Below are positions 25,301-38,100 of a stretch of DNA of 64,000 nucleotides, piece by piece (position 1 is the first letter of the stretch; every line of letters begins with the position of its first letter). A program made the position numbers and the translations under genes. The notes under the pieces are model-generated. The model was given only the letters and a program-made list of their open reading frames with translations. It made no database searches and had not been told where the DNA came from. Source of the stretch: Basidiobolus meristosporus CBS 931.73 (lineage: Eukaryota; Fungi; Basidiobolomycota); assembly GCA_002104905.1 (NCBI GenBank), contig MCFE01000447.1, positions 9,461-73,460 on the forward strand. Direction: 5' to 3'.

Positions 25301-26800
25301 AAATGGGAAAATGTAACGCTGGTAGTGACATCAAGGAATGTATCAGCTGATCAAATGCATTTATTTGAGGCTCCAATGACACAAAACACTGGCCTTTTGT
25401 GTCAATTTGTATAGGGGGGCTGCTATCATCACAAAGTTTTTGACAAAGCAGCAATAGTAGCCAGGCAATCTAAGGAATCCCAACATTGCATTGATATCCT
25501 TTGGTGTGGGTGTATCTTGAGCAGCTTTTAGGAGTAAATTAGATGGGTATGTTATGATCTGCTGCTTGAATGTTTAAGTTAGGTCAGTTTTTAGTCAAAT
25601 CAATTAGTATATGTTTAGGTTATCAGTATATCAGTATTATCTATGAAATCAGTAGCCTTAATCAGCAAATGAATCAGCAGATCCATATCAGACAGAAATA
25701 GATATATTAAGTAGGATCTTATTGGGTGATGATGATGCAATCAAATGAGTCATCAGCCACAACCTACATTAGGAAATACAATTAGTCAGCAATTGATCTG
25801 GCAAAATGTATATGAGGAGCTGCTGGAACCTCAATAAATATCAGTTCAAGTTTTAGTGAATACAATACTAGCTAAACTCCCTATTCCTCTACAACTCTTA
25901 TACCAAGACTTGTAACAGGTATATCCCATCTGCCAAGATCTTGTGGCCTAGGAACAACAATTTTGTATACAGGAAATGGCACTTCTTGGGAAGTAGTTTG
26001 AGTTGGTTCTCAAGGAGGGCTGTCAGGATACATTGCACTTTGTGTATATGTTCTTCTACATTGGGGGAAAATATCAGGATGTTGTCCAGATGCACCAGAG
26101 CGCATTCCCATTGTAAATTTCCTAGCACCTTGTCAATCATCCTTGGAACATAGCAGGAGCATTTCACAAGCCAAAGGGTGGTTGGCTCCATTTGTATAGT
26201 CCAAACAATGTTATAAAAGCGGTTTTGGGTCAATCTTCCAGGGCTACTTCTACTGCTAATAACTGGAGATTAAGTCAAGAGAGTCAAAATAGTTAGCTCT
26301 GACCAATCTGCCCAAGAAGTTGTCTATTTGTGGTAGTAGATACACATCCTTCTAGGTGACAGCATTCAAATTTTGGCAGTCAATGCAAAAATGTTGCTCT
26401 CTGTCTTTCTTTGAGACTTTCACTACAGCAGAGGCCTATGGGGAATGGCTCTCTGTAACTATGTTGTTCTTTAATAAAGTTTCAATCATCTCTTTGATAT
26501 AATCTATGTCAATTTACAAGTTCCTATAGGCTTTTTGCTTGACAGGGTATTTGTTGGCAAGGTGGATTTGGTGATATACCCTAGGTATATGGCCAATTAC
26601 TTGGTTATTAGAGAATACTTGGGCCAGTGGGTGAATTCCTTTTGGGAGCTAGTCCTGTAATGCAGGCAGTAGACCAAGGTCCACATCTAGTTTGGGGAGT
26701 TCCTCTTCTGGTTCCTTGCTTGCAGGCGCCTCCTCTAGTCAATGTCACTGTTGTAGTGGGGTCACAGTGACACCCACTGACAGCTATGCTCATTCCCATA
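22380..26800 (-). mobile_element. Old, different Ty3/gypsy (family H): knuckle, RT, RH, IN, then a long downstream ORF relic
   Basis: RT remnant LQWECALVHLDNILIFS..KKCHFL..LLFLGH (25898-26233). IN remnants TAAYHPQTN (~24230-24260) and KPGDKVWY (~23900). Boundaries approximate. Confidence 0.72.
25550..25917 (+). repeat. Solo LTR of gypsy family G1
   Basis: 368 bp TGTTATG...TGTAACA homologous to 28324-28691. Flanked by GGTA on both sides. Confidence 0.93.
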
Positions 26801-28320
26801 TTTTCTACTCTCCTATTTCTCTACTACACTTATCTTAGTTTTATCCCATTTGTCTAACCTGATCAGCACTATCCCATAAACTGGTTGACTATCACACCTG
26901 CTTACTTTATTGCATAGGTTATCCCTCATTTTATGTAATATTAATAGCAGTAAGTGCTTCTAGTAGCCAAATACCTGCACCAGTACACATGGCACATGAT
27001 CAACCCATGTCACCATCCCTATGAATTCCTTATCATATATGGTATCCCTATGCTACACAGTTTTCAGAGTACTAATTCCTGATTGGTTGGATGTGATGTG
27101 CCTCTTAGAACCTTCCAGCACCAACTTAGAACATTCTTAGGTCATTCTGATGTCATTTAGATTTCTATTGATATCCAGAACCTTTTGGAACACCTTGATT
27201 TGTAATTACTCAGCCAGTGGGAAAAGTATATAAGGGAGGCTATCCCTCAACAATACATCATCATCCCTTTTATCAATATAACAACTAGTTGATTAGTGTG
27301 ATCACTGCCACCTGCTGCTACCTGAACTTCCAACCCCAGACCACATGACACTCCCAGGAAACTGCGCTGACTGCCAACTGATCTTGGAGGCACTACTTGT
27401 GAGGAAAACTCAGAGTAGGTATCTTTTATTATGTTCAATTCTTTCCCAAGTTTGTTCTTGTACAGGCAAAGATACTTTTCTGTCTTTGTAACTATTGACC
27501 ACAGCTGCATTCTTATCAAGTCCCTGATGGTGGAGTTTACAGTTGTTTTGACTTTGGAAGCTTTAGTACATTGTCATCTCAAAGGATGCTGTGGTAGGGT
27601 AAACATACCTCCCACAGACAAGTTTACTCATATAGTCATTATGATATACTTATCCATATTTTATCTTATCAGTATTATCCCATTCTTCTTTTGCCCATAT
27701 TATCAGTATTATCCCCATATGATGTTTATGCTGATTTGTTATTAACATTAGTTATCCCAGATGTTATTCAGCTTTGTGATCAGTAGATGTATCTATATAA
27801 GGCAAGTACCCGCGTCAGTACCTGTGACACATGACCTAGGTCTGTGTTACCATCCCTACCATTTCAATACCATATATGGTATTTCTATGTTGCACAGGCT
27901 TCAGACTACTGGTTCCTGATTGGTTGAAAGTGCTGTGCCTTTCAGAACCTTCCAGGACATTCTTGGCATATTTTTAGCTCATAGTGATGTCATCAAGAAT
28001 TCCACTGATACCTAGAATCTTCTAGAACCTTGTCATTAGTAATCACTTGGCAATCAGGAAAAGTATTTAAAGGAAAGCAATCCCTCATCAATAAATCATC
28101 CCTTCTATCAGTAACACTTCTACCTTATTGATTAGCAGTTGATCACTGCACCTGCCTTCAACAGTACATCTCAGACCTGCAATCAAGGAGCTTTTCAGGG
28201 TAGTGCACAAGACACACAGAGGCCTTTGGAGACACTCGGAGCACCTAGGAAGCTAGAGAAGCAGGAGCTTTTACCAGTGGCATATTGACAAAGACACCAG
28301 CAGTTTGGACACAGAGGTTA
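26790..28320 (+). repeat. Two tandem, diverged LTR-like units (family F)
   Basis: ~26950-27320 resembles ~27800-28150 (CCTGATTGGTTG, AGAACCTTCCAG, TATA-like AGTAT(A/T)TAA). ~27400-27590 matches ~51400-51570 in reverse. Confidence 0.55.
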
Positions 28321-28692
28321 TTGTGTTATGATCTGCCGCTTGAATGTTTAAGTTAGATCAGTTTTTAGTCAAATCAGTTAGTATATGTTTAGGTTATCAG
28401 TACATCAGTATTATCTATGAAATCAGTAGCATTAGTCAGCAAATGAATCAGCAGATCCTTATCAGACAGAAATAGATATATTAAGTAGGATCTTATTGGG
28501 TGATGATGATGCAATCAAATGAGTCATCAGCCACAACCTACATTAGGAAATACAATTAGTCAGTAATTGATCTGGCAAAATGTATATAAGGAGCTGCTGG
28601 AACCTCAATAAAAATCAGTTCAAGTTTTAGTGAATACAATACTAGCTAAACTCCCTATTCCTCTACAACTCTTATACCAAGACTTGTAACAT

Positions 28693-28703
28693 TGGTAGCA
28701 GCG
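28693..28703 (+). other. Primer binding site TGGTAGCAGCG (tRNA 3' end, likely tRNA-iMet)
   Basis: 1 nt after the 5' LTR. The complement CGCTGCTACCA has the U72-A73-CCA expected of an initiator tRNA. The same PBS recurs beside the LTR at 41041. Confidence 0.8.
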
Positions 28704-28749
28704 ATAACCAGAAACCTCCCTCCTGAAGAAAGAAGAAACCACCCTCAAG

Positions 28750-31700
28750 ATGTCGGACAATCAAGAATGGAAGAATGCCATGCAGCAAATCCTGGCCCAA
28801 CAGCAACAGCTACTCCAGATCCTCAGCCAACAGCAACAAGGAATGACTACCATGGCTCAGAGCCAGCAAAGCCCTGTCAAGAGCAACTTTAGTGTGAAGG
28901 TCAACCGGTACCATGGCAGAGTCAATGAAAACCTGGGAACTTGGCTCTTTCAGATTGAAGAAGCTTTTAAAGCTAAAGGAATTGCTCCAGAGAGCAAGTT
29001 GCATTATGCAGCTTCTTACCTGGCAGATGCAGCTTTACAGTGGTACCACAACAAGATCAGGTCAGCCACTATGATGGGATGCTCTACAATCTCTACCTGG
29101 GATGAGTTTGTGTCGGAAATTCAGGATGCTTTTGAACCTCCACACCAGCAGACACTACTAAGAAGGAAGTTAAAGACACTCAGACAGAAAGGAATGGTGC
29201 AAGAATACATCTATGAGTACAGATGTCTACTTGGACAAATTGAAAGAATGGACCCCTTGGATCAAGTTGAATACTTAATTGATGGGTTGAAAGAAAGAAC
29301 TCGCAAGGAAGTCAATTACCAAAGACCTCAGACTATTGAAGAAGCCATCAAGATTGCCATTGACTATGACTCAGCTATGTTTGGAGTTGGGAAGCCTACA
29401 GTGACTAATCAGAAAGGCTATAATCATTATGAAAGAAGACAATCAGAAGCAGTACCAATGGAAATAGACGCTATGCAGAAGAATCCCTCCTCAGAAGAAT
29501 GCAAGAAGAGAGGACTTTGCTTCAATTGCCACCAGCAGGGACATATTGCAAAGTACTGCCCTCAGAGAAGAAATGGACACCAGCCAACAAGAACCTTCAA
29601 CCATATTGAGTCCCATGAACACAATAATGAGGAAGATGAGCTTGAAGAAGACTCGGAACTCACCTTCCATATGACAGAAGAGTACTTGTCCCAAATGACT
29701 TCAAACTCAGGGAAGTTATTGTACCTGAATGGAGCAATCAATGGAGTACCTGCCAAGATCATGATTGACTCAGGAGCATCGCATGAGTACATGTCAGAGC
29801 AATTTGCTTTGAAAGCTGGAATCAACTCGGAACCTACCAAATCAACTTCAGTCTCCACAGCTGATGGGAACTCCCACATAATCAACCGTATTACACAGCC
29901 AGTAAGAATGAAGATCAATGACTATGAAGAAGACCTACAGGCTTATATATTTGGGAACTGCAAGTTTGACCTTGTACTTGGGAAAACCTGGCTATTTTGT
30001 CGTAATCCATCAATCAACTGGAGAACCCATGCTACTCAGATCCAAAAAGACAACAAGACCTATGAGCTATTACCTGCCAGGCTGGATTTCAACTTGGTCA
30101 ATTCCAGTGTGTGTGAGACAAGTGAACTTAGCAAGACCCAGTTCTGTAGAGCACTTAGAAAAGGTACCCAGATGTTCCTCATGGCGGTATTACAGGAGGA
30201 TTCCTCTATCCCAGCACCCCAGCAGGTCCAGACTCTCTTGAAGAAATATTCAGACGTGTTTCCAGATGAGCTTGTAAGCCTACCACCAGTCAGAGACGTG
30301 GATCATGCCATTGACACAGGAGATAGCCCTCCAGTGAGCAAGACACCTTACAGAATGAGTCCATTGGAATTGGAGGAAATGAAGAAACAAATTGATCAGC
30401 TATTGGAGCAAGGATACATCAGGCCCAGCAAGTCACCTTGGGGAGCACCAGTGCTTTTTGTGAAAAAGAAGGATGGAACACTTAGGATGTGCATTGACTA
30501 CAGAGCCCTGAACTCAGTTACCGTCAAGAATAAGTACCCCATACCTCGGATTGATGAGCTTTTAGACCAACTTAATGGAGCCACTATTTTCAGCAAGATT
30601 GACCTCATGTCAGGATACAACCAGATTAGGGTGAAACCAGAAGATATCCCTAAGACAGCATTCAGGACCAGATATGGACATTACAAATACTTAGTCATGA
30701 GTTTTGGCCTCACTAATGCCCCTGCAACATTCATGACGCTGATGCAGACTGTCTTTCAGGAGTACTTAGACAAGTTTGTGATAATCTACCTGGATGACAT
30801 ATTGATATACAGCAAGACAGAAAAGGATCACATGGTGCACATTGAAAAGGTCTTGAAGAAACTAAGAGGGAACAAGCTATACGGCAAGCTAGCCAAGTGT
30901 GAATTCATCAAGGAACACGTAGAATATCTGGGACACATAGTGACTAGCACAGGAGTAACCTTAGACCCCAAGAAGGTGGAAGTAATCAAGAATTTGAAGC
31001 AGCCCCATAGCATATCAGAACTCAGATCCTTCCTTTGAATGGCTTCCTATTATCGGAGATTTGTCAAGTCATTTGCAAGTATTTCAGCCCCTTTAACTGA
31101 TATCCTCAAGAAAGACAATACCTACAAGTGGGACATAGCTTGTGAGACTGCCTTCCAGACACTAAAGAATGAACTTGCTAAGCTGCCAAGCTTAAGAATA
31201 CCAGACTTCAGAAAAGAGTTCACTCTGTGCACAGATGCTTCAGATTATGCAATTGGTGGAGTGCTGAGCCATGAACACGAGGGAAAGGACTACCCTGTTG
31301 CCTTTGAATCCAAGAAACTGAACTCAGCAGAACAAAACTATCCAGTCCATGAGAAGGAGATGCTTGCTATAATACACTGTTTGAAGACATGGAGATGCTA
31401 TATTGAAGGAGTCAATTGCACTGTGAAGACTGATCATGCCTCCCTCAAGTATATATTTACTCAGAAGGTACTCTCTAGAAGAATGACAAGATGGAGTGAA
31501 TACATTCAGCAATTTGACCTGGAGATTGTCTACTGTCCTGGAAAAAACAACACGGTTGCTGATGCCTTATCAAGATTAGATCAAGTTGCACAACTCAACT
31601 TGGTGCATGAATCAGATTGGCCTAGCCTATTACCAAAGTACTTGGAGGACCAAGCCATTCCTAATGAGGTGGATGAAGATATCAAGAAGATAATCCGTGA

Positions 31701-32883
31701 TGAGGCCAGCAAATTTGTTGTACAGAATGAAACACTCTACCGAATTGTTGATGGAAGCCCTATTGCCTATTGTCCTTATGTTGCTCGCCTGGATTTAATA
31801 CATAAGCTACACAATGGATATGGACATCTTGGGATTGAAGGAACCTATAGCCTTGTAAAAGCCAGAGCATGGTGGCCCAGAATGAAACAAGACATTGAGA
31901 AGCTAGTAAAAACATGCCCAAACTGCCAAATCAATCAAGGCCAGCCACAAAGAATTGCCGAACTCTTCCCTTTGGAGCCTGTAAGACCATTTGAGAGATG
32001 GGGAATTGACTTTATTGGAAGACTGCCAACTACCAGGAAATGCAACCGTTGGATCCTAGTAGCAATTGACCATGCCACTAAATGGCCAGTTGCCAAAGCT
32101 GTACCAATAGCCAGTGAACAAGAAGTTGCAAGTTTCATTTACCATGAGATCCTGATGAAGTTTGGATGCCCTGTGGAGATCTTATCCGATAGAGGTGCAA
32201 ACTTTATGGCAAAGACATTAGAGGCTTACCTGGAAATGCAGCAGATCAGACACTTGAAAACCTCGGCATATCACCCCAGAACTAATGGAGTCACTGAGCG
32301 GTTTAATGGATTATTTGGAAAAATGCTGACCAAGTATGCAAATGGAGTTGTCAGTAGATGGGATGAGTATATAGACCAAGCACTCTTTGCATGCAGAGTC
32401 AGAGTACACAACACCACCCAGCAATCACCATTTTACTTAGTTTATGGATGTGAACCAAGGATTCCAGGAGATCTCACACAACCAAAGCTTACAGACACCT
32501 TAGAAGATGAACTCAGTCAGCCAAGTAGACACCAGCAACTGGAACAAAGACGTCAAGAGGCACAGACCAAAGTATCTCAAAGTGCAGAAAAGATGAAGCA
32601 GAGATTTGATAAGACTGTAGCACCAGAAGCATTGACAGTTGGGAACTTTGTATTGCTAAGAAACAACACTTGGAAGAAGTTTGAGCCACAATGGACAGGA
32701 CCATTCAAGATCATCAGAGAATGTCCATTTGCAACTTACCAACTGGTGGACAAACAAGGCAATATCCGGGAAGACTTAGTGCATAGGGACAGACTCAAGC
32801 TTGCAAGACTTGCTGATAATACTGAACCATTAAGATATTGGTATCACAAGAAAAGAGATTCAGGAGAACCCTCTCAACTTTAG
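28750..32883 (+). pseudogene. Single-frame Gag-Pol (gag-PR-RT-RH-IN) broken by one in-frame TGA at 31036-31038
   Basis: ORFs 28750-31038 and 31039-32883 are contiguous in frame. Motifs [46 protein letters not shown]. No chromodomain recognised. Confidence 0.95.
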
Positions 32884-33265
32884 TAGGGGAGAATGTTATG
32901 ATCTGCCGCTTGAATGTTTAAGTTAGATCAGTTTTTAGTCAAATCAGTTAGTATATGTTTAGGTTATCAGTACATCAGTATTATCTATGAAATCAGTAGC
33001 ATTAGTCAGCAAATGAATCAGCAGATCCTTATCAGACAGAAATAGATATATTAAGTAGGATCTTATTGGGTGATGATGATGCAATCAAATGAGTCATCAG
33101 CCACAACCTACATTAGGAAATACAATTAGTCAGCAATTGATCTGGCAAAATGTATATAAGGAGCTGCTGGAACCTCAATAAAAATCAGTTCAAGTTTTAG
33201 TGAATACAATACTAGCTAAACTCCCTATTCCTCTACAACTCTTATACCAAGACTTGTAACAATTG

Positions 33266-35010
33266 CACCCATCAGACACCTCACACACCTTGAGTTGAGT
33301 AGCTTCTCCCAGGAGTACCCCTACACCACCACAACGCTGAACCCAGGACATACTTTTGTTAAGAAACCAACTAAGTTGGGGATTGTAGCTCAATAGTTTT
33401 CCCTTAACAAGCTTGTGGCTTTATTCCCCATCACATAAGATTAGAGACAGAGCCCAAGTATTCCTAGCAAGCTTTTGCCAAAGATTATTGCACCCAGTGA
33501 ACACCCCACACACAAAACAATTGAGAAGTGTTGGATGTATCTCTTCCTTGAACATATATACTACCACACCATGTGTCACCCATTGTTAGCCACTAGGCAC
33601 CTCAGACTTTGCGTTCCAAATTCTGGCGGTATCCATACTTTAGGGATTGAGATTCCTTCCAGTTGCTTGGATACATTTGTTGCAATTAACATTCTTTCAC
33701 TTGTCAAATAAGCTATTGGTGTCTCTAATGTAATTGCCATCTCACTGGCTGGTGGTATTTGTCACCTTTTGTGTGATGATTGGAGACTGTGGCGGTTTCA
33801 CCTCTTTGATTGTCACACTGTTCCTACAAAGCAACTTGTCAACACTTTTTCTTCTACTCTTTGACTGTTCTGACCAGAGGGCTTAGACTGCCTGAGTACT
33901 GTTGGCCTCCTGGCAAGGGACTCTGTCTTGTAATGCCTACTCCTCTTTTGTGTCCAGCACAGGTTCTTGTCTGTACCATTTTTCACATTTGTGGGCCCAG
34001 TGGCTTACTTCTCCACATTCATAACATGGATACTGTTGTCACAGTCATTCCATCTGTTGGGTCAGGGCTTGCACATGGGCCTTTAGATCTACAACTGCGT
34101 TCCAGAGTTTATCACCTTCTTTTGCAAGTTCTTGGACATTGTTGATCAAGAATTCTTGGACCTTTTGCCGTAATTCCTCTAACTCACAGTCTTTGGGGGA
34201 GGTAATTATTCCTTTCTTGCAGGGGATTTCTGATCTTTGATCGCTTTTATCACTTTATGGCAGCCCCCATAGCAAGATGACCCCTTGTACTTGCTTGACC
34301 AACTCTTGCAATGTTTTGCATCACTGTTGTTCAGTGGATGCCCTATGTCTTACTTTGTTGTCTAAGCCCATGATTTAATACCTCATGAGCATTTGTTTGG
34401 CAATTTTGACCTTTGGGAGACATCAAACTTGTTGTGGAAACAGTTTGGTGCAGGCTTCATAGCTCTCACTGCTTTTCTTCCATGACAATGGTAGAAGGGC
34501 TTTGTAGTGGTATCCTTTGGCATACAGAAAGCATGTCTTATAGGCTTCTTCTAGTGCATTGCAGTTGTCTTTACCTGTGTCTTCCAACCTATAATGCCAT
34601 TGCCATACTGACCCTTCCAAATCTCTTGCAAACTGCCTTACTCTCTTATAGCTGTCCCATCCTGCATTAACCGCAACACTCTCATACTTACCAAGCCACT
34701 CAAAGGCTTTCTCTCTCTTTCCCTTGTATGTTTTAGCTTGATTGTAGTAGTCATTACCTCTCTTGTGCTTATTCCTGCAGATATGGCACTATATATGTGG
34801 GTTATTACTGACTGTACTTGGTGAGTGGGAGAGCTTGTAGGTCAGGTCAGTACCACTTGGCTCAGAATAGCATCCAATAGAAGGTAGCAAGGTAATAAAG
34901 ACTTGCATTTATTCCATCCATTTCTTGTTGTTCTCTCACTTGGTTCAATTGGATATATGTATATCACTTGGTGGGGCTTAGATAATAGACAATGTGTTAT
35001 AAAATAGGTG
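33266..35010 (-). pseudogene. Highly decayed gypsy-like gag/protease relic
   Basis: Weak knuckle-like (~34240-34290) and protease-like (~33440-33650) remnants, no long ORF. Confidence 0.4.
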
Positions 35011-35170
35011 TGTGAGCACCTTCCTGTTATGGTATGTATTCTAACTCAATAAGGGCAGGAAAAGGAGGGAGGATGCATGTGGGGATCATAGGGAGGATAC
35101 TAAGGGACTTTGGGTAGGACTCAGGGGAGAGCTCTTGCACAAAGAGTGGGTACTACACTTAGTACTCACA
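35011..35170. repeat. Short TG...CA-bounded repeat (possible small LTR)
   Basis: TGTGAGCA...TACTCACA inverted termini. The last 54 bp recur, diverged, at 22305-22358. Confidence 0.4.
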
Positions 35171-38100
35171 TATTCTTGCTCCAATAGCTGATCTATTTGT
35201 CTCTTCATCTCTTCCAACTCCAATGGGCTCCTTCTGTAAGATGTCTTACTCACTGGAGGGCTATCTGCCGTGTCAATGGAATGATCCACATCTGTAACTG
35301 GTGGTTAGCTTAAAAGTTCATCTTGAAATATGTCTGAATATTCCTCCAATAGAGTCTGGCATTCTGGGGTACTGAGCAGAGGAATTCTCCTGTAATACTG
35401 CCATGAGGAACATCTGCATGCCTTTACTGAGTGCTCTACAGATCTGTGTTGTACTAAGTTCACTTGTTACATACATTGGAGTTGACCAAGTTGAAATCCA
35501 GTCTGGCAGGTAATAGCTCTTAGGTCTTGTTGTCCATCCGGATCTGAGGAGAATGAGCTCTCCAGTTGATTGATGGATTACAACAAATTAGCCAGGTTTT
35601 TCCAAGTACAAGGTCAACCTTGCAGTTCTCAAATATGTAGGCCTGTAGAACTTCTTCATAGTTGTTGATCTCAATCTTTTCTAGCTGAGTAATACAGTTA
35701 ATTATGTGAGAGTTTCCATCAGCTGTTGAGACTGAAGTTAATTTGATGGGTTCCAAGCTGATTCCAGCGTCTAAAGCAAATTGCTCTGACACACACTAAT
35801 GCAATCCTCCTGAGTCAATCATGATCTTGGCAGGTACTTCATTGATTTCTCCATCAAAATATAATAGCTTTCCTGAGTTTCAGGTCATTTGAGATAGGTA
35901 TTCCTCTGTCATATGGAAAGTGAGTTCTGAGTCTTTTTCAAGCTCATCCCCCATGTTCCTATGCTCAAGGGCTTCTATATGGTTGAATGCTCTTGATGGC
36001 TGGTGTCTATTTCTTCTCAGAGGGCAGTACTTGGCAATATGTCTCTGCTGGTGGCAATTGAAGCAAAGTCCTTTCTTCTTACATTCTTCTGAGGTAGGAC
36101 TCTTCTGCAGAGTGTCTATTTCCATTGGCACTGCTTCTGATTGTCTTCTCACAGAGTGATTGTAGCCTCTCTGATTAGTCATTGTGAGCTTTCCAACTCC
36201 CAGCACAGTTGAGTTGTAGTCAATGGCAATCTTGATAGCTTCTACAATAGTTTGAGGTCTTCAATAATAATTCACTTCCTTGCAAGTTCTTCCTTTTAAC
36301 CCATCTATAAATTATTTTACTTGATCCAGAGGGTCTATTCTTTCAATTTGCCCAAGTAGACATCTATATTCATGGATGTACTCTTGGACCATTCCTTTCT
36401 GGCTGAGTGTCTTCAACTTTCTTCTTGGTAGTGTCTGCTGGTGTGGAGGCTCAAAAGCATCCTGACTTTCCAACACAAACCCATCTCAGGTAGAGATTAT
36501 AGAGCATCCCATCATGGAGGCTAACCTTATCTTGTTGCAGTACCACTGTAAAGCTGCATCTTCCAGGTAAGAGGCTGCATAATGTAACTTGCTTTCCAAG
36601 GCAATTTCCTTAGCCTTGAAAGCTTCTGCAATCTGGAAGAATCAAGTTACCTGGTCTTCACTTGTTACAAGTCTTGGTATAAGAGTTGTAGAGGAATAGG
36701 GAGTTTAGCTAGTATTGTATTCACTAAAACTTGGACTCATTTCTATTGAGGTTCCAGCAGCTCCTTATATACATTTTGCTAGATCAATTGCTGACTAATT
36801 GTACTTCCTAATGTAGGTTGTGGCTGATGACTCAGTTGATTGCATCATCATCACCCAATAAGATCCTACTTAATATATCTATTTCTGTTTGATAAGGATC
36901 TGCTGATTCATTTGCTGACTAATGCTACTGATTTCATAGATAATACTGATATACTGATAACCTAAACATATACTAATTGATTTGACTAAAAACTGATCTA
37001 ACTTAAACATTCAAGCGGCAGATCATAACATTCTCCCCTACTAAAGTTGAGAGGGTTCTCCTGAATCTCTTTTCTTGTGATACCAATATCTTGATGGTTC
37101 AGTATTATCGGCAAGTCTTGCAAGTTTGAGTCTGTCCCTATGCACTAAGTCTTCCTGGATATTGCCTTGTTTGTCCACCAGTTGGTAAGTTGCAAATGGA
37201 CATTTTCTGATGATCTTGAATGGTCCTGTCCATTGTGGCTCAAACTTCTTCCAAGTGTTGTTTCTTAGCAATACAAAGTTCTCAACTGTCAATGCTTCTG
37301 GTGTTATAGTTTTATCAAATCTCTGCTCATCATTTCTGCACTTTGAGATACCTTGGTCTGAGCCTCTTGATATCTTTGTTCAGTTGCCATTTGCATACTT
37401 GGTCAGCATTTTTCCAAATAATCCATTAAACCACTCAGTGACTCCATTAGTTCTGGGGTGATATGCCAAGGTTTTCAAGTGTCTGATCTGATGCATTTCC
37501 AGGTAAGCTTCTAATGTCTTTGCCATAAAGTTTGCACCTCTATTGGATAAGATCTCCACAGGGCATCCAAACTTCATCAGGATCTCATGGTAAATGAAAC
37601 TTGCAACTTCTTGTTTGCTGGCTATTGGTACAGCTTTAGCAACTGGCCATTTAGTTGCATGGTCAATTTCTACTAGGATCCAACGGTTGCATTTCCTGGT
37701 AGTTGGCAGTCTTCCAATAAAGTCAATTCCCCATCTCTCAAATGGTGTTACAGGCTCCAAAGGGAAGAGTTTGGCAATTCTTTGTGGCTGGCCTTGATTG
37801 ATTTGGCAGTTTGGGCATGTTTTCACTAGCTTCTCAATATCTTGTTTCATTCTGGGCAACCATGCTCTGGCTTTCACAAGGCTATAGGTTCCTTCAATCC
37901 CAAGATGTCCATATCCATTGTGAAGCTTATGTATTAAATCCAGGCAAGCAACATAAGGACAATAGGCAATAGGGCTTCCATCAACAATTTGGTAGAGTGT
38001 TTCATTCTGTACTACAAATCTGCTAGCTTCATCACGGATTATCTTCTTGATATCTTCATCCACCTCATTAGGAATGTCTTGGTCCTCCCAGTACTTTGGT

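Larger units (their letters stand above)
28324..33261 (+). mobile_element. Near-intact young Ty3/gypsy (family G1), 4938 bp
   Basis: 368-bp LTRs 28324-28691 and 32894-33261 with one mismatch seen (28564 T vs 33134 C). 4-bp TSD ATTG. PBS TGGTAGCAGCG. PPT AGTAGGGGAGAA. Confidence 0.97.

Noticed and set aside
31036-31038. Programmed stop-codon readthrough in the gypsy polyprotein
   Set aside because: The stop is inside RT rather than at the gag-pol boundary, and sister copies have GGA. It is a point mutation or sequencing error.
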